From NCBI GenBank assembly GCA_010015585.1, contig ML975167.1: DNA of 52,483 nucleotides; one strand, given 5' to 3'. Shown here in pieces: positions 21,005 through 33,920 of this stretch. The DNA comes from Eremomyces bilateralis CBS 781.70 (Eukaryota). The first letter of the stretch is position 1, and each line of letters begins with the position of its first letter. The position numbers and the translations under genes are program-made. The notes under the pieces are model-generated. The model was not told the origin of the DNA and made no database searches. It worked only from the letters and a program-made list of their open reading frames with translations.

Positions 21005-22904
21005 GGTTCACAAAGGTCGTTGGAAATAATATCGTCAAGACACGAAACGAAGTGCGTCAGGGTAAGGGAGAGACTTCTGCACCGGGCAATTATGGATGCA
21101 AATCAATCGGTGCAGGTATCAAAAGAGCGGGTCAACGTATGGCATTTATAACATGGCAGGTGAAGATCTGGGAAATTGCCGTCATGAGCCCAGGCATGAG
21201 GGTTCCCGTTTTCTCCGCCATCCATATGATCGTTTTGTGCAATCCATAGGGTGATTAGATGAACGCTAGCCCTAAGAATCATGAATGTTACGGATGGAGG
21301 CGAGTTAACGCAAGTTGGCTGAGAGGATATAAATTGAAACAGGTACGATTTCCCCGCATCCACAATATATGGTAATACTGAATAGCAAGGCCCGTGCCAA
21401 GATATATACAGTACCTGATGTCGCCTGACAGTAAATTAAGCAGGTCAAGCAATCCATAGGTCGTTGGTATTGCTCCCTAGGTATGAATTATCCTATCACC
21501 ACTCAATACGGCAAATGCTAGCCCGTGCTGGATCAGGAGGGTGGTTCCCAAGCTACTTTGAAATGCTTAACAGTTGCTTCGCCTTCTAGTTGCCTTGGCA
21601 GCGAGAGAGACAAGGCGACATAAATCGACTTAGGTATTGTATCCGGTTTGAAGAAAGCCTCCAACACGTAGTCTGAGACATTGCATCCGGGCTAAAGAAA
21701 GTATCTAACGCGTCTGGATAGGCCTGAGATCGTACCTAGTCCCAATTTGTCCGAATCATGATAGATCATAATAGGGCAACAGGACGTGGACGAGGTTAAC
21801 TGCGAACGGAAATTTGCCGGATGGTTCATAAATTGAGTGCGATTCAATCAGAACCGTGGGGAATTGCGCGAGCGACCACGAAACACAATGAGGGTGCATA
21901 GGTCTAGAATTATGATGGCTAGGATGCGCTCACATGGAATACCTTGCTCTGGAGCAGGCACCTGGAGAGTGGAGAGGGTTTGATGTTGAATCCGATGGAA
22001 AGAGTGATGAGAGTTGTGAATTTGAAACAACACAGGTCAAGAGACACCCTAATCGAAACCCTGGATCAGAACAATACTTGGTCAGGACAATTCTTGGTCA
22101 CAGCAACGAAGTGTTTTACATCGAATTCTGGTATGCGTGATGAAAACGAAAGTCTCTACTACGTATTGACTGTTTAGAATAGAATTAGACCAAAATCCGA
22201 CGGCAACAACTCCATGGCCTCCACTGTACCGGTACTTCATCTCATCAAACCTGTTTTCCGTCCACTGAGCTGGCGTCACTCTACCTCGGAACTAGCCATA
22301 GTTGGAACTTAATTCTCCAAGGAAAAGGAATGTACGACCGCATGTCATGGAGCCATAGCTACTCGCAATCACGTCAACAGAATTGAAGTTCTTGGGTAAG
22401 AGCAAAGCTGGTTTTCTCATCGTAATGCCAACACGCCGTTGGCAGGAGGGAGGCCCTAAAGTAGATCAGGTCGGCAGATGGCTTCGGGATGAACCACGAT
22501 GCCCCACACAAAGTCATAGGGCATATAGCCCTAACATACAGCGGGAAATTCGGAACATTCCATGGCATATCGCCTCCACACTCATGGTAATCCAGGTTGC
22601 AGGTTGCGGAAATGTGGTTCCGTGAACGATGAGCACATGGTAACAAGAGCAAGGACCTCCCGAAGGATGATCCACGAATGGTCGATACCGAAATCCAGAA
22701 ACTGGTAACGGTTTCCCATAGATGCTATGAAGCCGAGGCCGAGAGATGATACAATTGAGCAATATGATTTAAACATCCTGCGAAAGCCAAGCGACATTGG
22801 AAAATATTATGGAAAACATCTGCGTTCGCTCGCGCCGCCGACGGTGAAGATGTCCGCCTTCAGGTTTGACATGGCAATTGACACAGACGCTGACTGTACA
22901 GAAA

Positions 22905-23788
22905 TCACAACTTATGCTTCTTCTCCCCCGAGGCGATCTTCCGGAACTCCTCTTGGGGAACCCCGCTCAAGAAGCGCTGCAGACCACCAAACACTTCATG
23001 GACGCCCTGCGCATCGTGCAGGTCGTTATACGGCCTCCGGATCAGCGCCTTCGTCTTCGTCATGCTGTCGGGGACCAGATGGGTCCCCATGCGGTCGTTG
23101 ACCTCCTCGATGACCTTCGCCAAGAATTTGTCCGAGTCCTTGTTGGTGTCGAACACCTTGTTCACAAAGCCGACATGCACCAGCTCGTCGATGGTGAGGC
23201 GCTTGCTCATGATGAGCGCCTCATTGGCCTTGCTGATCCCGAGGCGTTGCACGAACGCGAGACTGGCGTTGCCTTCGGCGACCAGGCCCAAGCTGCTAAA
23301 CGGGGTGAGGAGGAAGGCGTGAGGCGCAGCGTAGACGAAGTCGGCGTGCGCGACGATGGCGGCGGACAGGCCGACCGCAGGGCCGTTGAGGGCGAAGACC
23401 AGGATCTTCGGGTGGGAGTAGAAGGCGTGGGTGATGTGGAGGTTGTTGGAGACGAAGGACTTCAGCGAGGCGCGTCGGGGGTCCTCGTTGGGGTCATTGT
23501 CACGCGAGATGCCGACATCAGCACCGCTGTCGTTGTCGATTAGTCCATGTTCGATGGCATTGGACCTCGCGGCGGGTGGAGTTCGACTTACGCGCTGAAG
23601 TATCGTCCCTTGCCGGTGACGATGGTGATGAAGACCTCATCGTGGCTGGCAACCTCATGCATCAACTTGGCGAGCTGGAAATATCGGTCGGCATCGAGAG
23701 CATTGAGCTTGTGCTGTCGGTCCAAGGTGATGATGGCGATCCGCCCGCGGTATTCGACCGAAACATCCTGTTCTGGGGTAGTAGACAT
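22905..23788 (-). CDS. ECI1: Peroxisomal delta3,delta2-enoyl-CoA isomerase (crotonase family)
   Basis: Exons 23788-23592 and 23526-22905. KLNAL, TGKGRYFSAGADV, ALNGPAVGLSAA, LGLVAEGNAS; C-terminus GEKKHKL as in fungal Eci1. Confidence 0.9.
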
Positions 23789-23935
23789 GATGATAAATGT
23801 GTCTTAAGAGATGATTAAGAGATGCTCTATTTGACTTAGACTGAAGATATTGATTATGGAAAGATAGAGATACCTTTTCTATTATGGTTCTATATACCGA
23901 GTTTAGTATTCATCATGCTCAGCATGTTGATGTTA

Positions 23936-23941
23936 CCGAGG
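23936..23941 (-). promoter_or_regulatory. CCTCGG (FarA/FarB-type core) upstream of ECI1
   Basis: CCGAGG on + strand, ~150 bp upstream of the start codon of a beta-oxidation auxiliary gene. Confidence 0.45.
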
Positions 23942-24354
23942 TCCAGGTTACAAGGATGGTTTTCCTGTGAACTCTGGATATCCGTGAGATTCGGATGCGT
24001 TGGGGAGTCTTGCCGGTACGACTCTGACAGCGCAGCGAGTACGATGAGGCATCAAGGCAGTAAGGCAATTACACTGGTTCTGACCCGGCCATACCGAACA
24101 CTCCAGTCGCATGGGCTGACTTAAGACTTCGACATGATTCATGAAGTCCTTGATGTATGTCGTGATACTCTGCCAAACACTTCCAAGCTGTGCAACTGAG
24201 GTGCAAAGCCTAATGATATTTGGTTGAAGCAGGACAGCCAGGCATTGAACCGATCCTTCATAAACTAGACTCGCCAGGGGTTGCTGCGCGAAAAGAGCCT
24301 TGAATAGTTGTCTTCTGATATCTTCCTGCGAAGCCATTTACCATCGAAACGGAA

Positions 24355-24673
24355 ATGGGGGGCCCGAACCTTGAAGTTTTCAAAGTAAGCGCTTCTCATG
24401 AATGTCGCATAGCATTTCTAACAGTTGACTCAGTTTGGGTTTTACATCATGTTCCCCATTGGCATCATGTACTACTTCGGCACGAACCTCGACAGCAAGT
24501 TCTCCGTCGATGGCTTTTGGCCGTCGAAAGAGCAGAGCAACAAGATCCCAACCGAACCCGAGGACATCCGCGCCGAGCTAGAACGATTAAGGCGACGACG
24601 GCTGGAAAGAAGGGCAACGCGACTGGCGGAGGAAACACGCTCTCAGCAAGACATGGCAGGGGATGGGGCATAA
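24355..24673 (+). CDS. PET100: Mitochondrial cytochrome c oxidase assembly factor Pet100
   Basis: Exons 24355-24384 and 24434-24673: MGGPNLEVFK/FGFYIMFPIGIMYYFGTNL...FWP...EDIRAELERLRRRRLERR. Confidence 0.9.
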
Positions 24674-24873
24674 GATCGGCGAGGAACCGCTTCGACTGCA
24701 TGTGAGGCGTTTAATGGGTATCTAAAACGGAATCATTTCAAAGGCGTTGCGTTTGGAAATACCCACTTCAGGATGTACACCAGGACTTTCGGCATTGGCC
24801 TCTCTATGAGCACTTCCAAGACTGTCACGCCCTAACTTGTAACGTTATATTGTACAGTATAAAACACCAATAT

Positions 24874-25788
24874 CTACATTTCCAGCGTCGACTGAAAGGT
24901 CTTCCATGTCTCATTCCCAAGAGAGCCTTGCGCGACATTCATGTACACCGCTTGCACCCCTTGTACCTCCTCCAAGGCCTCTATAAAACTGCAGAGCTCT
25001 TCTGCCTTCCCATCGTCCAATGGAACCGTTGTATCTTCATTGGGATCCCAGATGATATTGGCGGCTTTGATTTCCAAACCCAACTGGTTGCCCATGCCCC
25101 TGGACACCAAGTTCACATCGCTGGGACTCGTGAAGACCCGAACTGTGTCTTCGTCGCCATCCGTAACATCAAGCGCGCCAGCGTCGATCGCCGCCTCGAG
25201 AATCGTTTCCGCGGATACTCCATCCCTAGTGTCGAAGATGATTCGGCCCTTCTTCTCAAAAAGATATTGTGTCGGCGTCGCATTCCCCTCAAACTTCTTC
25301 ACCACCTGCCGCAGCTCTGTAAGCGTTCGAATTCGGCTGTCGGTCTGACACTCGATGACCACCCCGACGGATTGCGGGAGCAGAGCTTCCAGATGAACAT
25401 TCTCGAGAGCTGCGCCGGTGGGCGATATGCCGCGACCACGAGCTATCGCGGCGGATATTGATGTTTTCGGGAAGCCTGCTTTCTTCGCAACGACAATTGC
25501 AGCAGCGAGTTGACCGTTCTCATCCGGATTGGGACCGTATACTGGGAGACAGTCAGACACTTGTCTCTTGTGACGATGAGGACTCAACGAACATTTAGAA
25601 GCCAATTCTATTTCCTTTGCAAACACGTTTCGCTGCTTGTTCTTCGCAGCATCATTCTTCCCCTTGTCATGACGGATGGTGGCCCATCGGCTATGACCAG
25701 AGTTAAACTGCGGCGAATAGCAGAAATAACGCTTGGTTAGTAACCTTATTATATAATGATGCTCAAAGGCAAGCCTGTAAGGTCTCAT
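24874..25788 (-). CDS. YebC/PmpR/TACO1 family mitochondrial protein
   Basis: SGHSRWATIRHDK, GPNPDEN..LAAAI..AKKAGFPK, VIECQTD..RT, YLFEKKG, DAGALD. 51-nt in-frame intron at 25592-25542. The start at 25788 (basic presequence) is preferred but uncertain; 25923 is an alternative. Confidence 0.88.
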   Translation of the reverse strand: MRPYRLAFEHHYIIRLLTKRYFCYSPQFNSGHSRWATIRHDKGKNDAAKNKQRNVFAKEIELASKCSLSPHRHKRQVSDCLPVYGPNPDENGQLAAAIVVAKKAGFPKTSISAAIARGRGISPTGAALENVHLEALLPQSVGVVIECQTDSRIRTLTELRQVVKKFEGNATPTQYLFEKKGRIIFDTRDGVSAETILEAAIDAGALDVTDGDEDTVRVFTSPSDVNLVSRGMGNQLGLEIKAANIIWDPNEDTTVPLDDGKAEELCSFIEALEEVQGVQAVYMNVAQGSLGNETWKTFQSTLEM

Positions 25789-26108
25789 TAGGTGCAATTG
25801 CAGAGCATGACCTTTACAAAAGTCGAAAGGAAGTATTTGAGCCTTAAGGTCAAGCTCCTGGTTAGTTATGGCACATTTCCTGGCAAGAATAGGCGAGTTC
25901 GTGACTCGGGAAAACTTGCCCATAGAACGCCATCGTTCACTTCATCATTCATCCTTATGAACATTTGTTCACCCTGCTTCGAGTTGGACAGCGCTCTACC
26001 ATGCCAATATCGCCAATATCCTTCTGTATATTTCACTCTGGCCCTAACATAATGATTTGAAATGTGGGATATGACTTGAAGGGAACTCCACAACAGTCAC
26101 GAGCTCCA

Positions 26109-29100
26109 ATGGCGTCGGAAGCGCCGACGCCCTCTGCCACCACGAACGGAGCGCAACCCGAGTATACTCTCGATGTCGAGAAGCTTCATTCACTTCCTTC
26201 GGAGCAACAAGAGCTATATTTGCTGACATTTGCATCCGACCTTGCGAACTACACGACCAATCTAAACGCCGATCAGGCAACCGCCTACCAAGCGTCCATC
26301 AAAAAGGAGGTCTTCCAGATCATCACCCTCTCCTCGCCGACCCCGACTCGAGTCATTCGAGACAGCTTGGGAAGAACACTCTCGGCGGTATTTACAAAGG
26401 GCGACCGAAAACCACTGTTCGAAAGCATCAACGACTTAATAGCGACGCTGGGAACCACTGGTAAAAGCGAGAAGGAACTGGCATCCAGACATGCGGCTGT
26501 TCATTGCCTGGGAGCCATATTCGAAGCTGCTGGAGATAGCGCGATTGGAACTTCTTCCTTGGCGTGTACTATTACACTGCGCCAATTGAAAGCTGCTCAG
26601 CATCATGTTGGATTCAAAGCATCCACCTTCAAAGCACTCGGGAAGATCGCTAAAGGGGTCGGCTACTCTTTGGATGAGCATGTGGCAAGAGACATTTGGA
26701 AACAAGCACGATCATCCGCTGCGGGGGACAAGTCATTCCAGGTCCAAATTGCTGCGTGCTGGTGTTTGGAGCACCTGATTCAACATACCCCGTACTTCGA
26801 CAACTCCAACGACTACGAGAAACTGCAAGCGGCATTGTTCAAGGCTCTCGATAGCCAGTCTCCTACCCTGCGGACGACAGCTGCGTCATGTCTCTCCGCA
26901 TGCCTAGTGAAGAGCTACTCCGAGAACCCGCATCCCGACATCGTCCCTCGACCGAAGAAGCAAAAAAAGCCGACAAAGCGACAGCCAGGCGACTTGGAAG
27001 ATGAGGAAGATACGATCGACAGGCCTGGGTCGCCTGCACCGGGCAAACCGGCTATGCAGCTGTCATATGGCTTTGCAGAGCTGTTGAGGCAGCTCTCGGC
27101 TCCATACTGTCGCCCTGCCACGAGCAATAGGACTAGAGCTGGTCTCGCGCTCTGCTACGTCTCTATTTGCCGAAGATTGCCTATCGACACCATACAGAAG
27201 CATTACCCCATCCTAGCGCGGAACTTGTTTGAGGACATTTTGTCGAACCCTGCCATCTACAATAACCGCTACCGTCTATTAATATCGCGGAAATTCGTCC
27301 GGATCATCCTTGAGAAGGTGGTTGGACGGGAGCTTCTTGGAGAATCCGCGCAATTGGATGCTGCCAAGTTTCTGCTGAACGGCATCATCAAAGACTATCC
27401 ACAGAGCCTAAAAGAGCGTCCGGAGCCAAGCAAACAAGTTCTGACCGGAGCACTAAGCGCTTTGGCAGCTTTATTGGGGTGCGTTCGGTCGGCATCCAAT
27501 GCAGTCGCGGAATCGTGCCGGGAAGGGCTTTTCCAAGTATTACAGCATCCGAGTTATACCGTTCAAGTCCATGCCTCCGCTTGTTTTCGGTCATTTGTCT
27601 CTGCATGCCCACAGCAGCTCCTGTCCGTAGTCACGATGTGCTCCAACAGTCTCAATCGGGAGCTTGGCCTATTAGGGGGCCATCGACAGTCATCTCGGCG
27701 CTGCGTGGGTCTTGCCAACGGGCTTGCTGCGCTTTTGAGCACGTCGACGGAAAATCCGCTGTACGGCTCGCTAGATGTTTATGCACGGGTTCTTTCTCAA
27801 GCCACCACCCTTCTCAAATCAAGCAGCAGCTCGAATTTGAGAATCTCAAGCACGCAAATCCAGGTTGCCTGGATCCTCCTCGGCGGTTTGATGTCTCTCG
27901 GACCGAACTTTGTGAAGATCCACATTACCCAACTGCTTCTGCTCTGGAAGAACGCTCTCCCGAAGCCCTTGAATAGAGAGACGATGCATGGTAGAGATAT
28001 GCTGGAGCTGAGCTTCTTGACTCATGTTAGAGAGTGCGCTTTGGGTTCGATTCTAACCTTCCTAGAGTACAACAAGCGACTACTTACCGCGGACGTTACG
28101 AAGAGGTTGGCGACCATGCTTCAGAACACATCTGTGTTCGTAACCAGCCTGCCGCGAAAGAAAGTGACAGATGATGCCGAGAGGAGGCTTTCCCCTTCCT
28201 TGGATCTCCATGATTTCGACCTGATGGTCCGACGGCGTGTATTTCAATGCTACACGAAACTTGTCATAGACAGCGCTCCCGCTGCCCGCGAAACTCTTCT
28301 GCAATCCAACCTTCTCCCATTGGCCGTCTCAGCTTTCGCTGATCCAGAGAATTACGCACCAAACTCATTGAGCGCTTCGATAGCGAGTTCGATCGGGAAC
28401 TTTGAGTCCATTTGGGAAGTTGGCGACAACAGTGGATTTGGAATCACAGGTCTGCTGAAGGGGTACGATGTTAGGCCCCTTCCGGGTGAAACGCTTCATA
28501 ATGGCAAACACCATTGGCTCACGCAGACGGAGCCGGATGGTCTCATCAACCAAACCGTACAGACACCCGTATGTGGAGCGCTGGAACATGATTCCGTTTT
28601 ACTATACCTGAGAAGCGACTCCTCCGAGGAATCAAGCAACCCCGAACCCTCGTCGACACAAGTCGTGGATCATGCGATCAACTTATTTGCCATCTCTTTG
28701 GCATTGCAAGGACCTCGAGTTCAAGAAAGTATTCTCGAACAGATCACCGCCTTCCTCACTGCCAGTTTGCTACAGAGAGACCCAGCAAGACACGCAGCTA
28801 TGACCGTAAATGTTGTGGTTGCTCTCCTAAATGCGTTAAAAGTTGCTGCAAAGGAGACAGTTCTCCCTCCAGGAAACATACGCAGGGATCCGGTTGAAAA
28901 GGCGCTTCAGGAGCTTTTACAATTGTTGATCGTCTACCACGATCCCTACGTTCGCAACGCCGCCGCACAAGCGTTTGGGCGGATGTGCAGCGCGGCAGGG
29001 ACACAATTTACCCAAAGTCAAGTCACTTGGTTAATTGATAAGATTGTGGCCAACCGGGAACCCAGTGCTCGAGCCGGGTGTGCCCTCGCTTTGGGTTGCA

Positions 29101-32100
29101 TTCATTCCCAGCTTGGAGGCATGGCAGCAGGATTCCATTTGAAGAATATCGTAGGCATCCTGATGTCGCTGAGCAATGACCCTCATCCCACAGTTCATTT
29201 CTGGGCATTGGAAAGCTTGTCAAAGGTTGCGGATTCGGCTGGTTTATCGTACTCTAGCTATGTGTCTGGTACGCTTGGAATATTGGCGCAACTGTATGCG
29301 TCAGATTCGCATAATGCCGAAACCAATTCCTTGGGCGGGTCAAACCTCGAAGTCGACCTTCCGACCCCTGCCGTTCTTGCTCGATGTACAGACAGCATCA
29401 TCAATGTGCTCGGCCCCGATCTTCAGGACATGACAAAGGCGCGAGAATTGATTCTGACGCTGGTACGAGCATTTGGCGTCGAGCAGCTGAATATAATCCG
29501 AATCGAAAGCGTTCGGTGCCTTGAACATCTATCCCTTTATGCTCCTGGACACCTTGACTTTGCTCTCTACGTTACGATGCTTCAAAAAGAGCTGAAGTCC
29601 GAATCAGCACGGCTTCGCTCGTTGGCGATTGATGGGCTGCATAATTTGATGAGGCGAGATGCTGATGATGTTATTAATGCCGCAGATCCAGGCTTGGGGG
29701 ATCAATTATGGCACGCGCTAGACAACGATCCGATGAACAATGTCCTCCGAAGCATCATGCAGAACTGGCTACATCAATCCGCATTGACCGACCCGGCGAG
29801 ATGGATCGAACGATGCAACACTGCGCTCCTCAAAGCTGTCAAGGTTGAGAAGTCGTCGCCGAAACCCGCACAGAAGAAATCCGTGGCTATCGATCTGAAA
29901 GATGATGAGGTCGCGGGATTCGCAGCGGCGGCCGGGGCTGGAGATGAGGCAGCTGCAGTTGCACCTAGACAGGAGTTTCTGCGATGGCAGGTTCGGGCCT
30001 TTGCAATGGATTGCCTCATCGAACTTCTCTCTATTGTTGCAAGAGATGTAGCGGCCAAGGAAGTGTCCCCCGCCGAGACAGCGCTTGTACAGGAGATTGG
30101 AGATATCATTAAGATTGCTTTTGCTGCCTCTACAGGAAGTGTCATCGAGCTTAGACTTCGCGGACTCCAAACGATCGACATGGTGTTGAAGATGTTCGGC
30201 AAGACACCCGATCCCGATTTTGCTGAAGCGTCTTTGTTAGAGCAGTACCAAGCTCAAATTGGATCTGCCGTAACGCCCTCCTTTGCTGCCGACTCGTCAC
30301 CCGAGCTGGCTGCACAGGCGATCAGTGTCTGCGCTTCGTTCATCGCGACTGGCATCGTAACAGATGTCGATAAGATGGGAAGGATATTGAAATTGCTCGT
30401 TTCCGCTCTCGAGAACCTATCCAAGGAAGATGAATTTGTCACGGTTGGCGATCTGAAGGGTCTGAGTTCGAATGCGTTGGTCATGGTCAAAATGGCCGTC
30501 TTCTCCGCCTGGGCCGAGCTTCAGATTGCAAGCGCCGAGCAGAAATACCTCGTCGATGTGCTTAAACCTCATCTCGCCAAGCTGGCACCCTTGTGGCTTG
30601 CTAGTCTTCGAGAATATGCGCAGTTGAGGTTTGAGCCGGACGTGTCTGGTGCATCTGGACCTGCAAGCATGTCAGGCAGTCTAGACACAGTCTACGCCGC
30701 CTTGAATAGGGACACCTTGCTCCACGTGAGTCTTTTCTAGCGACCTTCTGTTATTGTTTCTGACGAATTTCACCAGTTCTACCAATCTGCGTGGCTCAAC
30801 CTCGTCGATGCCATCGCTAGTTTGATCGACCAGGACAGTGAGTTTGTATTCGACGCACTTGACGAGAAACCGGAAGGAGAAAACTCGAGCGCAGTCAATG
30901 GCCGACCTAGTAACATCAATTATCGCGATGAACCTGTTGCATTCTTCTTCGTTCTCTATGGACTCGCTTTCGAAGCGTTGATCGGACAGACAGGGGAAGA
31001 CGTTGCCGCCAAAGAGCGAACAATCAGCATTCTGCAAGCCGTTCGAAAGATCCTGCGTCCATCAGTATCTGGACAAGCGATCTATAGAGACGATGTGTTT
31101 TCGGAAACCATGGACATGCTTGGCCGGTTGGTCTTGACCGAGCCTCTCAATGTGCAGCATGTCGTCGTTCAAATCGCGCGAAACTTGTGCCTGTCGCACC
31201 CCTCCGCACGGAAACCGACCGAGTACGTTCCCCAAACAAAGTGATTTTGATAGTGCTAACATCCTACAAGTAGAGCTGAGGATGACCGACTTTCGGAAGA
31301 CATTGATCAACTCTTTGAGTTGACGAGGCTGATTGTGCTCACACTCGCTGGACTTATCCCGAATGTCTCCGAAAATAAGCACCGTGCTCTTCATGCACTC
31401 AACGAAGAAGCCGTCGATGTCGTTACATTGGCTCTCTCCTCTCTTGTGGATGCGGCAGCTGTATTCCCGATCATCATCCGGACCGACTTGCATGCCTGTA
31501 TTCTCCACCTGTTCGTCACTATCCTCGGAACCGGTGCTTGTCAAGCCACCATCGTTCCCCAAGTCCTTCCAATATTCAAGCGTTTCATAACCAGTCTCGC
31601 GCTGGATCCATTATCAGATACGGCGACCCAACTGCGTGGAATGCTCGTTCGGTTCTTTCAAATCCTCAAATCCGCCCAATTGAGAGAATCCGAGGCTGCG
31701 TTACCGTGCGAAAGGAACACATTACTGGCTTTCACCATTTTCCTTAGCTCCGCAAGTAACTTACTCAATCCGGACGATCCGCTACTAGCCCGTTTTGTAT
31801 CAGAGCTGTCGGATGGCCTCGAAAACGGACTCACATGCAAGGTTGCGGCGAACTGTGCACGATCCATCCTGTCATTATCACGAAAAAATCCTGCTGAGGC
31901 CTCACTCGTTGTCCAACTTCTCCCCCGCGTACTCGGATTTATAACGATGCCTCCTGATCTGGAAGGGCTGGAAGAAGGGATCGCTATCCTCATCCAAGGC
32001 GTCATTGGGTTTGTCCAATCCCTAGCGCCTGACCAGGCGTTGTCTGCAATGTCTCTTGTTATCTCTGCACTGTTGGCTCGCGCGAACCAAGGCGGGCAAG

Positions 32101-32309
32101 AGTCTGAAAAGGAGGTTGGTACAAGGCTGCTTGAATTGGCTGCAACGAACCAAAGGTCGTTCAGATCCATCCTTGGTGCCATGGATCAGGATCAACGAGC
32201 TTTCCTTGAGCAGGTTATTAGGGCTTCTGGAATAAGCATGGGAAAGAAAGAAGAACGGAAAGTTGATACAGAGCCCACTATTGCACTGAAAATGGATTTC
32301 GGTGCTTGA
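26109..32309 (+). CDS. LAA1: HEAT-repeat AP-1 accessory protein Laa1/HEATR5
   Basis: Exons 26109-30725, 30777-31222 and 31274-32309 (~2030 aa). QVAWILLGGLMSLGPNFVK, LLLLWKNAL, RAGCALALGCIH..GGM, LLEQYQAQIGSA; ends PTIALKMDFGA. Confidence 0.9.
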
Positions 32310-32791
32310 GTAGGAATTGAAGCGTTTAGTACTAGGGATAGAAAGCTGCCAGGATGTACATTTTTGGCTTGTTTGCGGACCAGGCAGGGCCACCCTATAG
32401 CATTGTTATCAGCCGCCGTCCAATATTTTGAATAAATGCACTAGCCGTGACAGTGGCACAGCAGGCCTAGAATACTTATCGTCTTTTCGCTAGTTCACCC
32501 CCTTAGCTGAGCTGAGTGAGATGTATAGAGAGGGTATATACTATATACTATAGAAGTACACATCACGGATTCCACCGTCACAATAGTTGCCTGGTTTACA
32601 GCCTGGCTCCCTCCTCCGGCCCTACCCCTAATGCATGATTTTTTCTTTACCAGACGCGGCCTTGTTGCTCGTATCACTACTAAGAGCGGTCTTTGCTCAC
32701 TTATTATGAAATAAGAAGGTACCGGAACCAGTTGGTCACGGAAGCAATGCGTTAGTGAGAATCTTAGAGGGTGTAGAAAACAAGTAGAGTT

Positions 32792-33664
32792 TCATATTTT
32801 CCCTTTTCCGTATTGGTCAGCCAGGTAATGTAGGTTCGACACCTTTCCAGTGTTCGCTGTCACGTTCAACCCTAGCCACTCCCTCATCTGTGGACTGAGC
32901 GAAGACTGGACTTCCTGCGACAGGGCCGCAGTCCAATTGACCTGTTGCCGAAGGAACGGCGCCGTATAATATCCGAACAGTAATGCTCGATCTGGAAATT
33001 CGTTAGCACGGGCGACCAATGCGTATATTCTTGACAGACCAGCATCAACTGTGATATTAGCCCCTGAAGTATGCCAAACTCTTCCCTCCATGACGATGAT
33101 GGAACCAGCCTTTGCTTCAAATGGCCGAAGCAGCTGGTCCGCATTGTCAGGCACGTCGGATCGGTTCATCCACTTGTGGCTGCCGGGGATGAACAGGGTG
33201 GCGCCGTTCTCGAAGTAGACATCATTCAAACACCAGACGACGTTCAATGCCCACGGCTCCTTCCACGGATCCGGCACGACGAGACTTTGGTCCGAGTGAA
33301 GCCCCATGCTCTTACTCCCAGGCCGCGCGATATTCGCCGTGAAGTTGCTGATCAAGTAGTTCTCCCCCAATACCGATTTTACCATTTCCACAGCGGTGGG
33401 ATGCGCGATCAATTCGCGGAACAAGGCGTCCCGTTCCAAGAGATAGAAGACTCGGACGTTGCTGGCATTCGGATCGAGTTTCGGCATGAAGGTGTCCACG
33501 CCTTGCCGCTCGCTTTCCTTTGCAGCTTTCCATAACTTATCTAATGCGTCTTTCGTCCTGTCAGGATCCAAAACGTTTGGGATAGTACACCATCCCTCCT
33601 CTTTCAGTTTCGTCTTCGCGGCGTCGACCACTGATGAATTGATGGACTCAGAGGTAGCTGTCAT
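32792..33664 (-). CDS. Fe(II)/2-oxoglutarate dioxygenase, PhyH family
   Basis: HxD motif LHSDQ, WCLND...NGATLFIPGSH, AGS....GRVWHTSG and DRALL. 48-nt in-frame intron (GTCTGT..GCTAAC..CAG). Start taken at MTATSES; C-terminus -GKGKI. Confidence 0.9.
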   Translation of the reverse strand: MTATSESINSSVVDAAKTKLKEEGWCTIPNVLDPDRTKDALDKLWKAAKESERQGVDTFMPKLDPNASNVRVFYLLERDALFRELIAHPTAVEMVKSVLGENYLISNFTANIARPGSKSMGLHSDQSLVVPDPWKEPWALNVVWCLNDVYFENGATLFIPGSHKWMNRSDVPDNADQLLRPFEAKAGSIIVMEGRVWHTSGANITVDAGLSRIYALVARANEFPDRALLFGYYTAPFLRQQVNWTAALSQEVQSSLSPQMREWLGLNVTANTGKVSNLHYLADQYGKGKI

Positions 33665-33786
33665 ATTCGGACACGATAGGATTAAACAAACATATCGCGT
33701 ATATTTTGTCGCCAACGTGAGCCGCTGTACATACATATATTCGGATCCCCATGTACGATGATCGATCTAAAACCCCATGTGGGACT

Positions 33787-33814
33787 GCGGGGCCCCGCGG
33801 GGTTGTTGCCGAGG
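33787..33814. promoter_or_regulatory. Overlapping palindromic CreA-type sites (SYGGRG x3) plus CCTCGG upstream of PhyH gene
   Basis: GCGGGGCCCCGC (33787-33798) and CCCCGCGGGG (33793-33802) palindromes; CCGAGG at 33809-33814. Confidence 0.45.
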
Positions 33815-33920
33815 GCCCACTGCAGCCGAATGGGTCCATCCTGAATCCTGATAATATTGACATGAATATGCAAGTCCAGGCAGTCTCAGTGATTGGATGC
33901 CTGTAGGAAGATACCTGTTG

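Noticed and set aside
21934..22800. Short ORFs including a WD40-like RTILGHSNEVFYIEF and a possible intron at 22131-22177
   Set aside because: Could not assemble a consistent frame or further repeats. It may be a remnant but is unsupported.
23948..24337. 129 aa minus-strand ORF between ECI1 and PET100
   Set aside because: Occupies the divergent promoter, starts 18 bp from the PET100 ATG and has no recognisable motif.
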